From NCBI RefSeq assembly GCF_964355755.1, contig NC_092680.1, positions 2,356,001-2,420,000 of the forward strand: DNA of 64,000 nucleotides, read 5' to 3'. The notes under the pieces were generated by a model. That model was not told the origin of the DNA. It saw only the letters and a program-made list of their open reading frames with translations, and made no database searches. Shown one piece after another: positions 25,334 to 37,285 of this stretch; position 1 is the stretch's first letter, and each line of letters begins with the position of its first letter. This DNA comes from Antedon mediterranea. Lineage: Eukaryota; Animalia; Echinodermata. Both the position numbers and the translations under genes were made by a program.

Positions 25334-27308
25334 ACATGGTAGGATCCACTTAATGTCAATATTTTTATCTTTTCAAAGCCCACTTGAGAGATTATAAATT
25401 AAGTAATATTCTAAACAAATAATAACCAGTTTTGGACAGGTAGTTTTTTCCATAAAATATTATTGATTCATCTAAATATAAAAATATCTACTATCTAGTC
25501 TTAAGCTTCTTGCAGACAAAAAAGCTAAACAGGTATTATAATGGTTTTTGGGAGTGCCAACATTCACTTCTACTCAGACACTTTATCATAATTTTACCAT
25601 AAATCTTATTTTACACAATTATACTTTCACATCTTTTTGCCTGCTCTGGAAAGGGGAATAAGATGAACAACAATTGTGTTAAATCAAGAAATAAATGAAC
25701 AGTACTTTTAACCAGATAAAACCAGGTAGGCTAATTTTCAATTGTGGAAGCAACTTACTTTTCGTCTGAAATGAACTACTACTTATTCATAGAATATTAT
25801 ACCCCCATTAAGGAACACTTTATTTCTCTACTGTAGTATATCTATCTCACAATCCATATCCCTAATACAAATACAAGTAACAGTAAAATACCTCTATGCA
25901 AGTATATAACATTTACTCCAAGGTACTATTTATACAGAGGCCTACTTATTATTATTGCAACTTACAAGGATTTAAAACCATGTGTTTTTAAATTGTTAAT
26001 AAGATGTTATAGTAATACGTGATGATAAATATTCATATTTACCAAAACAAATAAGGGTGAAAAGTTTGAATATAGACGTAATTGCCAACGATGATATTTA
26101 TTATGATTAATTTTTTTTAAACATAACACAATTATTATTTTCATTAACATGATAACATAATGAATATGTATGATTAATCAGATTTAAATAAAAATCAATT
26201 GTATTTTTTCATAAATTGTTATCAATTAGTGCATAAAATATTTAATATTTTGCAATATAATGCTAAGTTAACATGACATGAATTACAATGTTTATTTGTT
26301 TATTTTTTAGATGTAATTTTATTTATTAATATTTTATAATGAAATATAATAATATTTTTAATTAATAAAATTGGAAAGTATGTTTTTCTAATATTTAACA
26401 ATTTTGTTTGTGATATATGTAATGCTAATTTCAATCACAGAAATAATGCTACCAACATATAATATTTCAAAATTTTCTTTCAAAATAAAGAAATAAATAC
26501 AATGTTATATAAATATTTTGTCATTTTCACGAGATACAATTATATACAATTGTATTCAAAGTATGTTACTAATTAATGATTAATAATAATACGTATAAAG
26601 TTAACCGAGCAAGTTGTTTCTTTAATTTAAAAGCATCTAAATTGTATATATCAATAGCAGTATAAGTGCTATTAAGTGAAGCAGTGTATTGAGTGAATGA
26701 TCTAATGGTTACGCCTTCATCATTACTGGCTTCGTTGCAGAATAACACGCTTACTAGCAACAACGACCTTCCACAACAAATTACTAGCAATTCTAAATAT
26801 ACTCGTCGTTTCAATAATAACACTAAAATAACTTCCACTATCATTATACAAAGAAGCAACATTATTATTATACAATTTATGCTCAAATTCTTTACAATTT
26901 CAACAAAGAAAAAAAATTTAATTTTTTTATGAATTAATGGATTTTGCATACCAGCTTGGCCAGGTCTCCCATACTGTCTGGTGTAAACTTATTAATAGGG
27001 TCATTGCCCAGACATAAAGATTATATTTTGATTAATAACATTGTAATTATTCGAATCTAAATACCAAGGACGAATTTACTAATAATACGATGGAAATAAA
27101 TTGGAAAAATATATTCATAATAAATACAACAACATGAGTGTATAGCCATGTGAATTAGTACTACTGTTATTATTGCTACAATAACACTATTACTGTGTAC
27201 TAAATGATATGCTGGTATGACGGATGGTGAAACTACAATATTAATGTGTTGTCTTTGTTGTTGGAAGAAAACATTAGGAAAGAATTATCTTCCACTTTTT
27301 TTATCGCC

Positions 27309-28648
27309 TTAAAGATGTATTGTTTCCCAAAACAAGAAGATTAAAGAAAATAAAAATTTGAATAGGACATTTTATAGTTTAAATAGTTATTCACTTAAAA
27401 AATTGAAAATCAAAATTTGAATACGTAATTCCTTAAAAAATGAACTTCAAAATATAAATAAACATAAGGACACAGTTAAATTCCATTTTTGTTATCTCTT
27501 TAAAGATGTATTGTTTCCACAAAACAAGAAGAATAAAGATTAATAAAATTGTTGAATAGGACATTTTATAGTTTAAATATTCATTTGAATTGAATTTCAA
27601 AATATAAATAAACATTTTAAACGTAAAGAACAATTTTTGTTTTGGTTATTCCTATTTTATATACTAATCTATGTTATAATAGAATAATACAAAGTCTACA
27701 TAAGTTTTCTAGGTTCATCACAATGTGAATGCACAATAATTTTAACAAAATAACTCAAAATGGGAGTAATGACTTCACCACTGTCAATTTGTTGCTTGCC
27801 CCAGTCAAATACCTGCAAGGTAGTTGCAACGTAAGTAGAGATTAACCTAGAAATGTTATTATTAATATTTAGTAGAAAACAATTAAAGTTCTTTAAGTAA
27901 GAAGAAAAACAAGTTGTTGTGTACAGTAAATTACTTTGCTTAGTGTAAAATATAACAATAACATTTGTTAGAAGTCAGGTTTTTTATTTATTTATTTATT
28001 CCGGTATATAAATAACATTAAAAAAAGCAGAACAAGTCTGAAATTATTGTAGTACATATAGTAAAAAGTTACCTTACAGATAAAAAAAAAAATACAAACA
28101 AATTTACAATATGCATAAAAAAATAAATTGTGTCTTTCCAAAAAAGTATAAAGTATAGTATCTTGACGCTTCGGTTGTTGCACTACAACCATGCTCTGGG
28201 ATAATGATCAGAAAGTGAATATAAAAGAAACTTTGAAACACTCTCAACTTTACTGTATGTCGGTTTTGGAAACATATGGTGTGTACCAAAAACCTAACTT
28301 TACTAGTGTTTATAGCAATAGTAATTCTCTACCTATGAAAATACTTTATTGCATTAATAATAGGCGGGAAAAAGAGATGGACCAATTTGCAGTTTAAATA
28401 AAGTTATATACTTCTATATTTATTTCACTTATAAAAAGACAAAAGAAACAATTAATTTTAACCAAAAACGATTGTCTGACAGACAATTTAAGTATTTTTT
28501 TGCTTTAAATTACACTTTTTCAGGTAAATAATTTGTGTTTCAATCCAGTTTTTGGTCAAAGTGAATAACTATTATGTGATATTAAAATGGCATATAAAAA
28601 CAAATTTGCAAAAACCAATTTTTAGGGGACAATATACAGTATCTTTAA
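27309..28648. mobile_element. Fragments of a TTAA-flanked non-autonomous DNA transposon (Kolobok-like)
   Basis: TTAA-AGATGTATTGTTTCC ends at 27309 and 27500 (local duplication). Inverted counterpart GGGGACAATATACAGTATCT-TTAA ends at 28648. Confidence 0.5.
28161..28200 (-). mobile_element. Penelope-like LTR remnant with decayed minimal hammerhead motif
   Basis: Minus strand CCAGAGCAT-GGTTGT-AGTGCA-ACAACC-GAAGCGTCAAG resembles the PLE pattern CTGANGA-stem-GAAACGTC, with both catalytic boxes mutated. Confidence 0.35.
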
Positions 28649-30215
28649 GTAAATACAACTTATGATCACATACAACGTGTGGTCCAACGTAGGTTGCTAG
28701 TATCAAATTTTAATATACAGATCTTTAAATGTGAATATAATGATGATTAAAATTGGTATAATTAACCGGTCATCAAATATCTATCTATCATCTATCCATG
28801 TAGTAATGCATGACACTACCATTGATTTTAATAAACAAAAAGTCGTCATTATGTTATTTAAATATGAATGACTAAATGCTAGGCAGGTGTGCCTGTCAAA
28901 CATAAGCCACAAAAGGCCAACATTCTACCTACTACATGTTATGGTTTGATACATACTAGACCAGGCTACACTAGAATTATATATTATGCCTTAACCTATG
29001 CTTTATTATCTCATATCACATTTTAAAAACTAGGAATGTCTCCAAATGTATAATAACAATATAATAAATGATTTTTTATGATATATGAATAGTTTAAACC
29101 TTTGCCTTTTTGCTAATAAATTTATCTTTTTTTTTCAAAAATTACAATAATTTACATTTATATTAATGATGTATATTTCCTAGTGACATAAACAAAGTTT
29201 TGTGCAAAGCAGTGCTGCCTAAAAGAGAGTTAAAGTTTTTGATGTAAATGTAGGCAGGTGACGACGTGATTTAATGACGAGTAAAGACGAATAATGTGGA
29301 AATAATTCATCCTAAAACAACAATGTGTGTATGTAAGTAAACAAGTGTGTTTACCAAATGAAACATTTACTTATAAAGATTATATAAATATTATTCTATA
29401 TACTATATTAGCAAACTTACAAATAACAGGATGGATAACTATATCACATAAAACAAACCAAGGAATTCTTGGTAGAGTAGAAAGAGTTTGGAAGGATTGA
29501 ACCCTGGACCTTGGGATTAGAAGCAATTCTCAACAGAATACGGCTCAAATAAAAGTATTTACATAATTACATTTTAGTATTCTTAAATAAAATATACTTT
29601 CAAACAAATGATTTCCAAAAGTGGTTAGACACTAGACCTAAGCTGATTTAATTAAAAAATGTATACAAATAATTCTACAAAATCATTTTAAAATGATTTT
29701 AAATAAAATAGTAAAAAAGTAAAATTTCTATAGCCTTTGTATAATTCTAAATCTCTAAAAATATAGTTTAAAACACACATCTGTATTTTAAAGTTTTCAT
29801 CATCATTATCTTAAATTAATTAATATTACTTTCTGTAACATCATTTCACAAACTTCTTTAATTGAATTTTGCATGTCCTATCAGCTTTAAATCACAGTTC
29901 AAGGTATACCCCTTTATATCTAGTTCGCCCCTTCTGTCAATTCCATACTCTTAATTTACTAATTCAAATCTAAGGTCAGAAAATAAGGACCAAAAATAAA
30001 CTAGTCAATTTATCAATTTAAGTCCCTTTAATAATCTAAGTATGGAATAAACATGACATGCAAAACACATTATCAAGGCTCAGACTGCTTGGAATCAGAA
30101 TTTAAAGGGACATTAATAAATTATCAACAGTTTCAGAATTATAAATTCATTTATTCCTGGTTATTTCGGTGATCTTTCATATGGAACGTTATGGAACATT
30201 GTTGCCAACTTCTAA

Positions 30216-30375
30216 AGCTCTGTCTACACTATCAAACCTTATGTGACACAAAAATGTAATGCGCCCATATATGGACATGATGATGTCATATCACTACCAT
30301 ATTTAAGCATATCACTGCCATTGGGCACATCACACACTTTTTTTGTCAAACTAGTTTGATAGTGTTGACCGAGCT
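30216..30375. mobile_element. MITE family A copy 4
   Basis: Full TIRs AGCTCTGTCTACACTATCAAAC / GTTTGATAGTGTTGACCGAGCT, flanked by TAA and TTA. Confidence 0.9.
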
Positions 30376-30699
30376 TTAGAAATTGGCAGCTATGTAATGT
30401 TGAGCTGAAGAAGATGATACAGTATAACCAACCTAGATTTGAACAAAGATGTTTCTACTTGATAAAGAGACCCCTACCATTATACCATAATATGGTATAG
30501 CTTTCATGCTATGTTCATAGAAATGTAACACCGATTTGATGCAAACTCTTACAGTTAAAGACACCTTCCCTACAATTTGTGACGTTTTGTAAAAATAATA
30601 CATATATATTACTTTAAAAACATTAAACCATGTCATTCCTTGTCTTAAATGTACGTTTTTTATGGTAAATTATGATAAAAAGTGAGAAACAATGCAATA

Positions 30700-31035
30700 C
30701 CTAAGTAGCTCGCGGCGATCGACCTCTCGTGGACGGTCTTAGGCCTAGCCTAGCTAGCCTTAGTTATGTAGGCCTAGCTGGTAAACATCGGTAACGTACG
30801 AACATCGTACGCTAGCTATATACCTAGCCTGAAGTTGTATAGTTGCTGCATTAATTGTCTTTCTATTTTTGCCAGACTCCGTTGATACAAATTGGGGAAA
30901 ACCCGGTATTTTCGCTGAAAAGTTAGGAGTCTTCCATTTGTTTTGGCCTCACGATCGATCGAAAAGTTACAGGTGAAAAACAAAAATATCAATCCGTGCG
31001 CAATGCATTTTGGGATTTATAGCGGGCCGCTATAA
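30700..31035. promoter_or_regulatory. CpG-enriched promoter-like segment with ZNF143/Staf-like motif
   Basis: High CpG density, (TAGGCC/CTAG)-rich tract, GCATTTTGGGATTTATAG (31005-31022) resembling the reverse of ACTACAATTCCCAGAATGC, inverted repeat TTATAGCGG-G-CCGCTATAA. Confidence 0.4.
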
Positions 31036-31526
31036 TTATTAGAATCGACTTATTTTTCACATTTTTAACCGTTTAAAGACGAAAAAAGTTATCGCAATAG
31101 GACCATATAGTATTATTTTTACATTAAATATAGTTTGTGATCTTAAATTAGATCTAAAAAACGTAGGGAAGGGGGCTTTAAATGTATGATTATTATTTTT
31201 AATTTGATCATTTATCTAAACTTATTTCTTTATGATTGGACTCAAATTATAATAACAATTTTCAAGATTTTTAGGATTATATTAAGTAATGATTAAATGA
31301 GTGAGACAGTCTATCAAAACAGAATAATCTGCCCATGTACATTATAATATCAATGATGTATTAGAAAATAGCAATACCTTTTTTTCTAATTGAATAAAAT
31401 TAGAATATTGAATAAAAAATGTATGATATTCTGTGAAGTGTTTGACCTCATCACTTCTATGAATGATGTTAATTGCTTGAGCACCTACAAATAACATTTA
31501 TGTTGCTAAATCTGTTTCTCTGACGC

Positions 31527-32106
31527 CTTCCTACAATCGATTAAAAACAAGTAAATCTCCCGAGTAATCTATTTTGCAGAGCACTGTCTGGTTTTGACTG
31601 CTAGGGATGGCATCAGATTAGATCGTCGAAATTTGTACAGCCATTACGCTTAATCCATGTTGTGGAAAAATGACAGTTAATACTTTAGCGAACATGGACT
31701 TGACTAGGTCAAAAGCAGTCACTGTGAGTGGTGACCTAGCATGACCCGGTCGACACAACAGTCAAGAAGTCTGTGTAGGAAGATGAGCATTGATATGTGC
31801 TTTTTTTATGTAACTATTACACAATAGGGCAAGCTGCTAGGCTTAGCAGTTTAATTCAGTACACATTCGATGGATTATGCAGTGGTTTATACCAAAAAGC
31901 ATTCAATAGCGAGCATAATCTAACTGCAGACAAGAAAGTCAGAGTTTGTGAAAACAGTTCAATATGGTAATTCTTTGGTTACAATACACGACTTTAATGA
32001 CTCGTTCATTGAACCACAACACGAAGCCGAGTAAATCTCCCCAGAAAGCAACAATACCAGAAACATGTAGTTGCTTTCGAGTAACCTCTTGATACGATTT
32101 GGAGAT
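31527..32106 (+). ncRNA. Largest candidate structured RNA island
   Basis: CTTCCTACA(31527)/TGTAGGAAG(31774), TTGACTG/CAGTCAA, TCCATGTT/AACATGGA, CTAGGTCA/TGACCTAG, CTGCTA/TAGCAG, GATTATGC(31873)/GCATAATC(31913), GAAAGCAAC(32044)/GTTGCTTTC(32070). Confidence 0.65.
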
Positions 32107-33360
32107 CTTTTAGTCTATTATGTAGACACTCATCTCTTCTGTTAATTTCATCAGCATCACATTTCAAATACTTACCGAATCAGACATACTAAATCACATC
32201 CCCTTTGTGTTTCTCGACATTTACGTTTGCAATCTAATACGCTCATGTTTTTGTTGAAGATACCAAGAAAGAGATCGCAAAGCGAGGATAAACTTGCTCA
32301 GAAACGTTAAGCACAATGACAACTATCATTAAACTATAAATTCCTCAATTTCTCCCTTCAAAGTTAGTTCAAAAGCTATTTATAAATTACCGACCAGATT
32401 TAACTTAGTTTTTGATTTCTCAAAATTACTTCCACATAATTAGACATATCAAATTAATTACCCCTTGTATTACTTGGACATAAGTTATTTATATATGAGT
32501 GAATCATATGTAAATAAAGGGAGGTGGAATACCATCTACCAGACAGTGAGGTCATATCCAGGTCAGGTTTATAAATGGCTTCAAAGGGATACCACAACTG
32601 ACCAATGGGGCATGACCAACAGCAGAATCCTTCATTTATTGGTAGCTTGCTACAACTTGATTGGTAGCCTATTGACCACTGAGTCAATTTGATTGGTAGC
32701 CTATTGACCATTGAATGACCAGTGATGTAGTAAGACCTTATTAGACAAATACCTGAGGAGTTGTCATTCAATACCAATCAATTGACCAGTCTGCTCAGCA
32801 GTGATTGAGGGATAATTGAACCAATAAATGATGAGGTCAAAAATGACAAATTAGTAATTTAAAATGATTTAAATTGTACCTGCTACTATGAAGGTGTTTA
32901 TTATTATTATTATTACTTTTATATTCTATTTATTTCCAGTGTTCCAATAAGCCCATGGGATAACTAATAAGACCATCAGCGGGAAGTAAGATCACCTTAA
33001 ATTTTGTAAAAATCAATACAACAGTAGGCCAAGCATGATCATAGTCCTGGGGCACGAAACCTTTTAAACTTGACTATTTTAGGTAAAGTTATAGGTAAAA
33101 CTCAGATAGAGGTCAATTATAAGTAGATAAAAATGAGGGGGTAAATAGGTGGTACCATACCTCTATCACGTCTGTGTAAATGAAAACTACAAACCAACAC
33201 AATCTACTCAAAAACGGGAATAAAACATAGACAGACCCACCCACACCACCCTTGATTTCAGTTCAATACTTTATTTCCTATTTTCAATTTCCACTACAAG
33301 AACAACATGATAAAACCATGTTTAATATTGATTGCACTACAAGTAATTCTACTGACCTGG

Positions 33361-33411
33361 AAGGTCATGCATGACAAGCCTACCAAAGGTCATGCATGAC
33401 AAGCCTACCAA
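33361..33411. repeat. Exact 25-bp tandem duplication containing palindrome GTCATGCATGAC
   Basis: AAGGTCATGCATGACAAGCCTACCA at 33361 and 33386. Confidence 0.9.
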
Positions 33412-33649
33412 ATCATTAATAAAATAATAATAATATTCCAGATAAGAACTAATTTAAATGCAAGTACCTGTAAAGGTTATAGATAAAGCCCATAGTGTTT
33501 AGCATCATTAACATTTTCTAGGACAATCATTAGATGAGAATATATCAGCCTCATACCAACAATATATCGACTAAATAAAATATCTCGGCCGACCAAGAAC
33601 ACCGCTCTAGTATTTATTGTATTGTTGCTTGTAAATACTGTAGTTTCTA

Positions 33650-33815
33650 GTTAATTTTGTTTTTCTTTGCTTAGTTTAGTTTAGTTATTCATGTCTTTTT
33701 ATTTTTCTATAATCTTCTGCTTTGGTTGCTGGACCACACCGCATATTGTGAGTGCCACTGATACAAAGGTGTATATGGTCAACAAAAATAAATATATATA
33801 TATATATATATATAT
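33650..33815 (+). mobile_element. Probable LINE 3' end with (TA)n tail
   Basis: T-rich UTR, stem GACCACACC..GGTGTATATGGTC, AATAAA followed by (TA)n. Confidence 0.45.
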
Positions 33816-33996
33816 TATGTCATATTGCATTTCTATATACAGCCTTTACACACCCACAAACTTGGAAAATCAATTATTTATCACAACTGGTTAAAATCAG
33901 AAATAATATGAAATATAAAATTATGAATGCCATTGCAACACATAGAATATTATATATATAATATTAATAATCGAGTTAAAGAACAATACCATAAAA

Positions 33997-34068
33997 GCCC
34001 CAGTGGTCTAATGGTTAGGGCAACTGCATATCAAGCAGACGGTCCGAGTTCAAGTCTCGGTTGGGGCG
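33997..34068 (+). tRNA. tRNA-like cloverleaf (anticodon ATC); probable pseudogene or SINE head
   Basis: 72 nt. Acceptor GCCCCAG/TTGGGGC, D-arm with TAATGGTT, T-stem CCGAG/CTCGG with TTCAAGT loop, 4-nt variable loop, T-run just downstream. A27-A43 mismatch and A at position 32 are non-canonical. Confidence 0.6.
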
Positions 34069-34401
34069 ACTTTTTCTCATTCTCACAGATTTCCTCATCT
34101 TTATCGTTTCAAAAATTAATTAAATAATTTTCTGTGTATCACCGGGCGGTTTGGAATTTATTTCTATGCCTGTTGTGTTTATTAATAATAATATTATATA
34201 TTAATATGACCTTTGAAAATTCTTATCTAAAACTATTAAATTGTATCTATACAATGTGTACATAAACTCGATATTTTCATGATGTGGAAACAAATACTGT
34301 TGGATTTCAAATCAAATATATAAATAAATAAATATATTATAGAGTGAGATGAATAGCTATATAATGAGATATGGATTGAGTAGTTCCAAATCAGACAAGT
34401 C

Positions 34402-34500
34402 GATTGATTGATTGATTGATTATTTATCGATCAGGTTGACACATAATACAAATTAAAAATAGACAAATCTGATACAGGTGACTAGAGGCCTGAATAGTCA
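34402..34500 (-). mobile_element. Probable LINE/SINE 3' end with (CAAT)n tail
   Basis: (GATT)n run adjacent to TATTTAT on the + strand, which is ATAAATA followed by (ATCA)n on the minus strand. Confidence 0.45.
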
Positions 34501-35409
34501 ATGTATTTTATTACCTTTATATATTACTGATACTTGTTTTCCAAACCTGTAAAGAATTACTATTTATACAGGAAATGAAGAGTTAAATTCCCAGCTTAAG
34601 GTCAAGCGTGTCAAGGACGGGTTAGGGGGGAATAGAAAGGTTTGTCACTGTATGAGATATAGAACTTAGAGCATTGCTGGGGCTTCTAACCATTTCTCAT
34701 ATATACATATTTTACTTGTCAGATTAGTGTCGTAATTGTCAGTGCTTAAAATTTGAAATTCAAATTTCTGTTAAAATTACCTTATGTCAGTGAGAATGTT
34801 GTCTGCTTTTTACTTAATTTGCATTAGAACAGCTTTTACCAAAACTGTAAAATCATAGAATACATATTTGAACAATCATTAATACTCATAATATTAATGT
34901 ATACATACAGGTAGGATGTACTGTTTATAAAAACAAATACATTTATTAAATATTATGCCATCCTGGTACATCTGGTGAATAAATAAATAAAATAATATTT
35001 TCATATAATTATTTCTTTCCAAGTTCTCTTAATTACCCATAGAATCTTCATATTTTTAGTAATTTGCCTTTGGATTAATATTTTCATACCTTAACTACAG
35101 TTTTGCCTGTTAATGTTATCTATAATGGTATAATGATAATAATAGTCAGGCAATATAAATTATATAAATATAATTTTAATCAATTATCATGAACAAAAGC
35201 TTCTTTATTTAGGTATTTATTGTAATGATAGAACAGTAACAATAAATGATAATCTTGCGTGTATTATGACAATGTTTACTAATTAATTATTATTTGAATG
35301 TTTAGTATAAACCAGCAAAGATAATAACAAAACGATTCCAATATATTTGGACAAATATGATTAAACGATTATGTTTAGTGCGTCATACTAAAGAGTTATC
35401 AATAGCCAT

Positions 35410-35551
35410 AGCCTGTTTTTCACTAGGCGAATTTATTTGCGAAAATTAAAATGCGTATGCATAATTTTTGTCACGCAAACAAATATGTAACCAATCGGAG
35501 ATCAGGGATGTTCGATATGTGCGAATATACAGCTTAGTTGAAAACAAGTTT
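35410..35551. mobile_element. Decayed MITE (Harbinger-like)
   Basis: Imperfect TIRs AGCCTGTTTTTCACTAGGC / GCTTAGTTGAAAACAAGTT. Confidence 0.5.
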
Positions 35552-35927
35552 AATAATTATCCATAAGAATTAGGGTCAGTTAATTTATTGAATTTAGAGA
35601 AAACAAAACATATTGAATAATATTAGTAATATCTCCCACTAGCTATGGCGCCATATTAACACATAATCAAGGTGCTTAACATTGGTATGGTCCATTTTGA
35701 AGACAATTTTTTAGTCAATCATATTTTATGGATAGAAAAATATTAATTCAACAAACCTTTTAAGTACTATCAACATTAGTACAGTATATTTATTTGTAAA
35801 AAAGATGGTAGTAATGATAAATATTATTGTTCTGTACTACAATTTGTTTATCAATTATTTAGACACATGCACAAAAGTCTAAAGAACAAGAAAATCTCAT
35901 TCATAATATGTCACTATTAATATTCCA

Positions 35928-36124
35928 GATGCTGGGGTCATCAAAATGGCTGTCATATCGCGTCAAGGTCAAACAGCAATATCACAAAACCTACGTTTTC
36001 TGTCGAGGGGAAACGGTGCTCAATAATAAGGTGTGATGGGTCTGTGGGAATTGGATTAGCCTCAACTCAATATTTATCTGTTAATCTTCTCCGACGTCTT
36101 ATTGTTAACTGATTGCCCAACATC
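35928..36124 (+). ncRNA. Candidate structured RNA island
   Basis: GATGCTGGG/CCCAACATC closing helix, GCTGT/ACAGC, CGTTTTC/GGAAACG, AATAAGGTGT(36025)/ACGTCTTATT(36094). Confidence 0.5.
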
Positions 36125-37082
36125 CTTTTCATTGTTATAACGTATTCTAGGAAATTTTACTACGTTTTTAAATTATTATGTATAGTTTTTATTTAAATAA
36201 ATTAAGTATAATGAAAACACTTTTTAGTGGCTATTGAAATTTATAGAAGCCACAATATTATCAAAATGACTTCTGGGATTTGAATTAAAGGTATACATTC
36301 TGGGGTGTCGTTGATAACATAAAAAGTAAAACATGTTTTAAATCCATTACTACACCACATCCATATTGGCTAAGTATATGACATTTGACTTAAGTTTCTT
36401 CACAGAATGTTCATTCATCACACCCTCTGGACCTATGGCAGATTCAAGATTTTAAAATAATTTACCAAATATGATAATTATCACTAAACATTTCTATATC
36501 ATTATTTAGTATTAGACATTAGTGATATCATCATATTGATCCTAGCTAAAATTCCATATGTCTGACACTATTATATTTTTAATCTATACTATCGCCACCA
36601 TCGCAACATAAGTGATTTCATAGTTTTAATGGATTTTAAATCATTTGATCTTTTTTAAATCGGTTAATAATTTAACCAAGCAAATACCACAAGGTCAAAA
36701 AAGGTCGGTCATTTGCCACAAGACGATTGTCGCTTAAATTTGGAACACTGCCACCTATAATTCATTGCTTATTTCATTTCAAATTTATACAAAATTTAAT
36801 TTCAGTTTACATGATCATGCAAAAATACATGCATAATTTTAAGTACAACAAATTGAAAACAATGTAGATACTTAAGCATTGCCACTTATCCTACCTTAAC
36901 CTTTCTTAAATAGAATAACATTTGAGTGTTGTTAAAATTAAATACGCTTTTAAAAATAGGAACCACAGTTTAATTTTTCCACAAAATATATTTTTAAACC
37001 TGTTCTCGTTCTTTAGGCTTAGGTTCTTTTTATTATTGTTTAATTTGTGAGAAAATAAGTGATGTAAACATAGCTTCTGATG

Positions 37083-37285
37083 CCCTATGAGGTAATTTGT
37101 TAAAGGGGAATAAATATAGTTCCATTCAGTAATGTTAGTATTTTTATGACAAAATAAATGAAATAGCAAGTACCCCTATGAGGTAATTTGTTAAAGGAGA
37201 ATAAATATAGTTCCATTCAGTTAAATGTTAGTATTTTTATGACAAAATAAATGAAATAGAAAGTACCCCTATGTGGTCATTTGTA
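37083..37285. repeat. ~92-bp tandem duplication (2+ copies)
   Basis: CCCTATGAGGTAATTTGTTAAAGG.. starts at 37083, 37174 and partially 37267. Confidence 0.9.
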
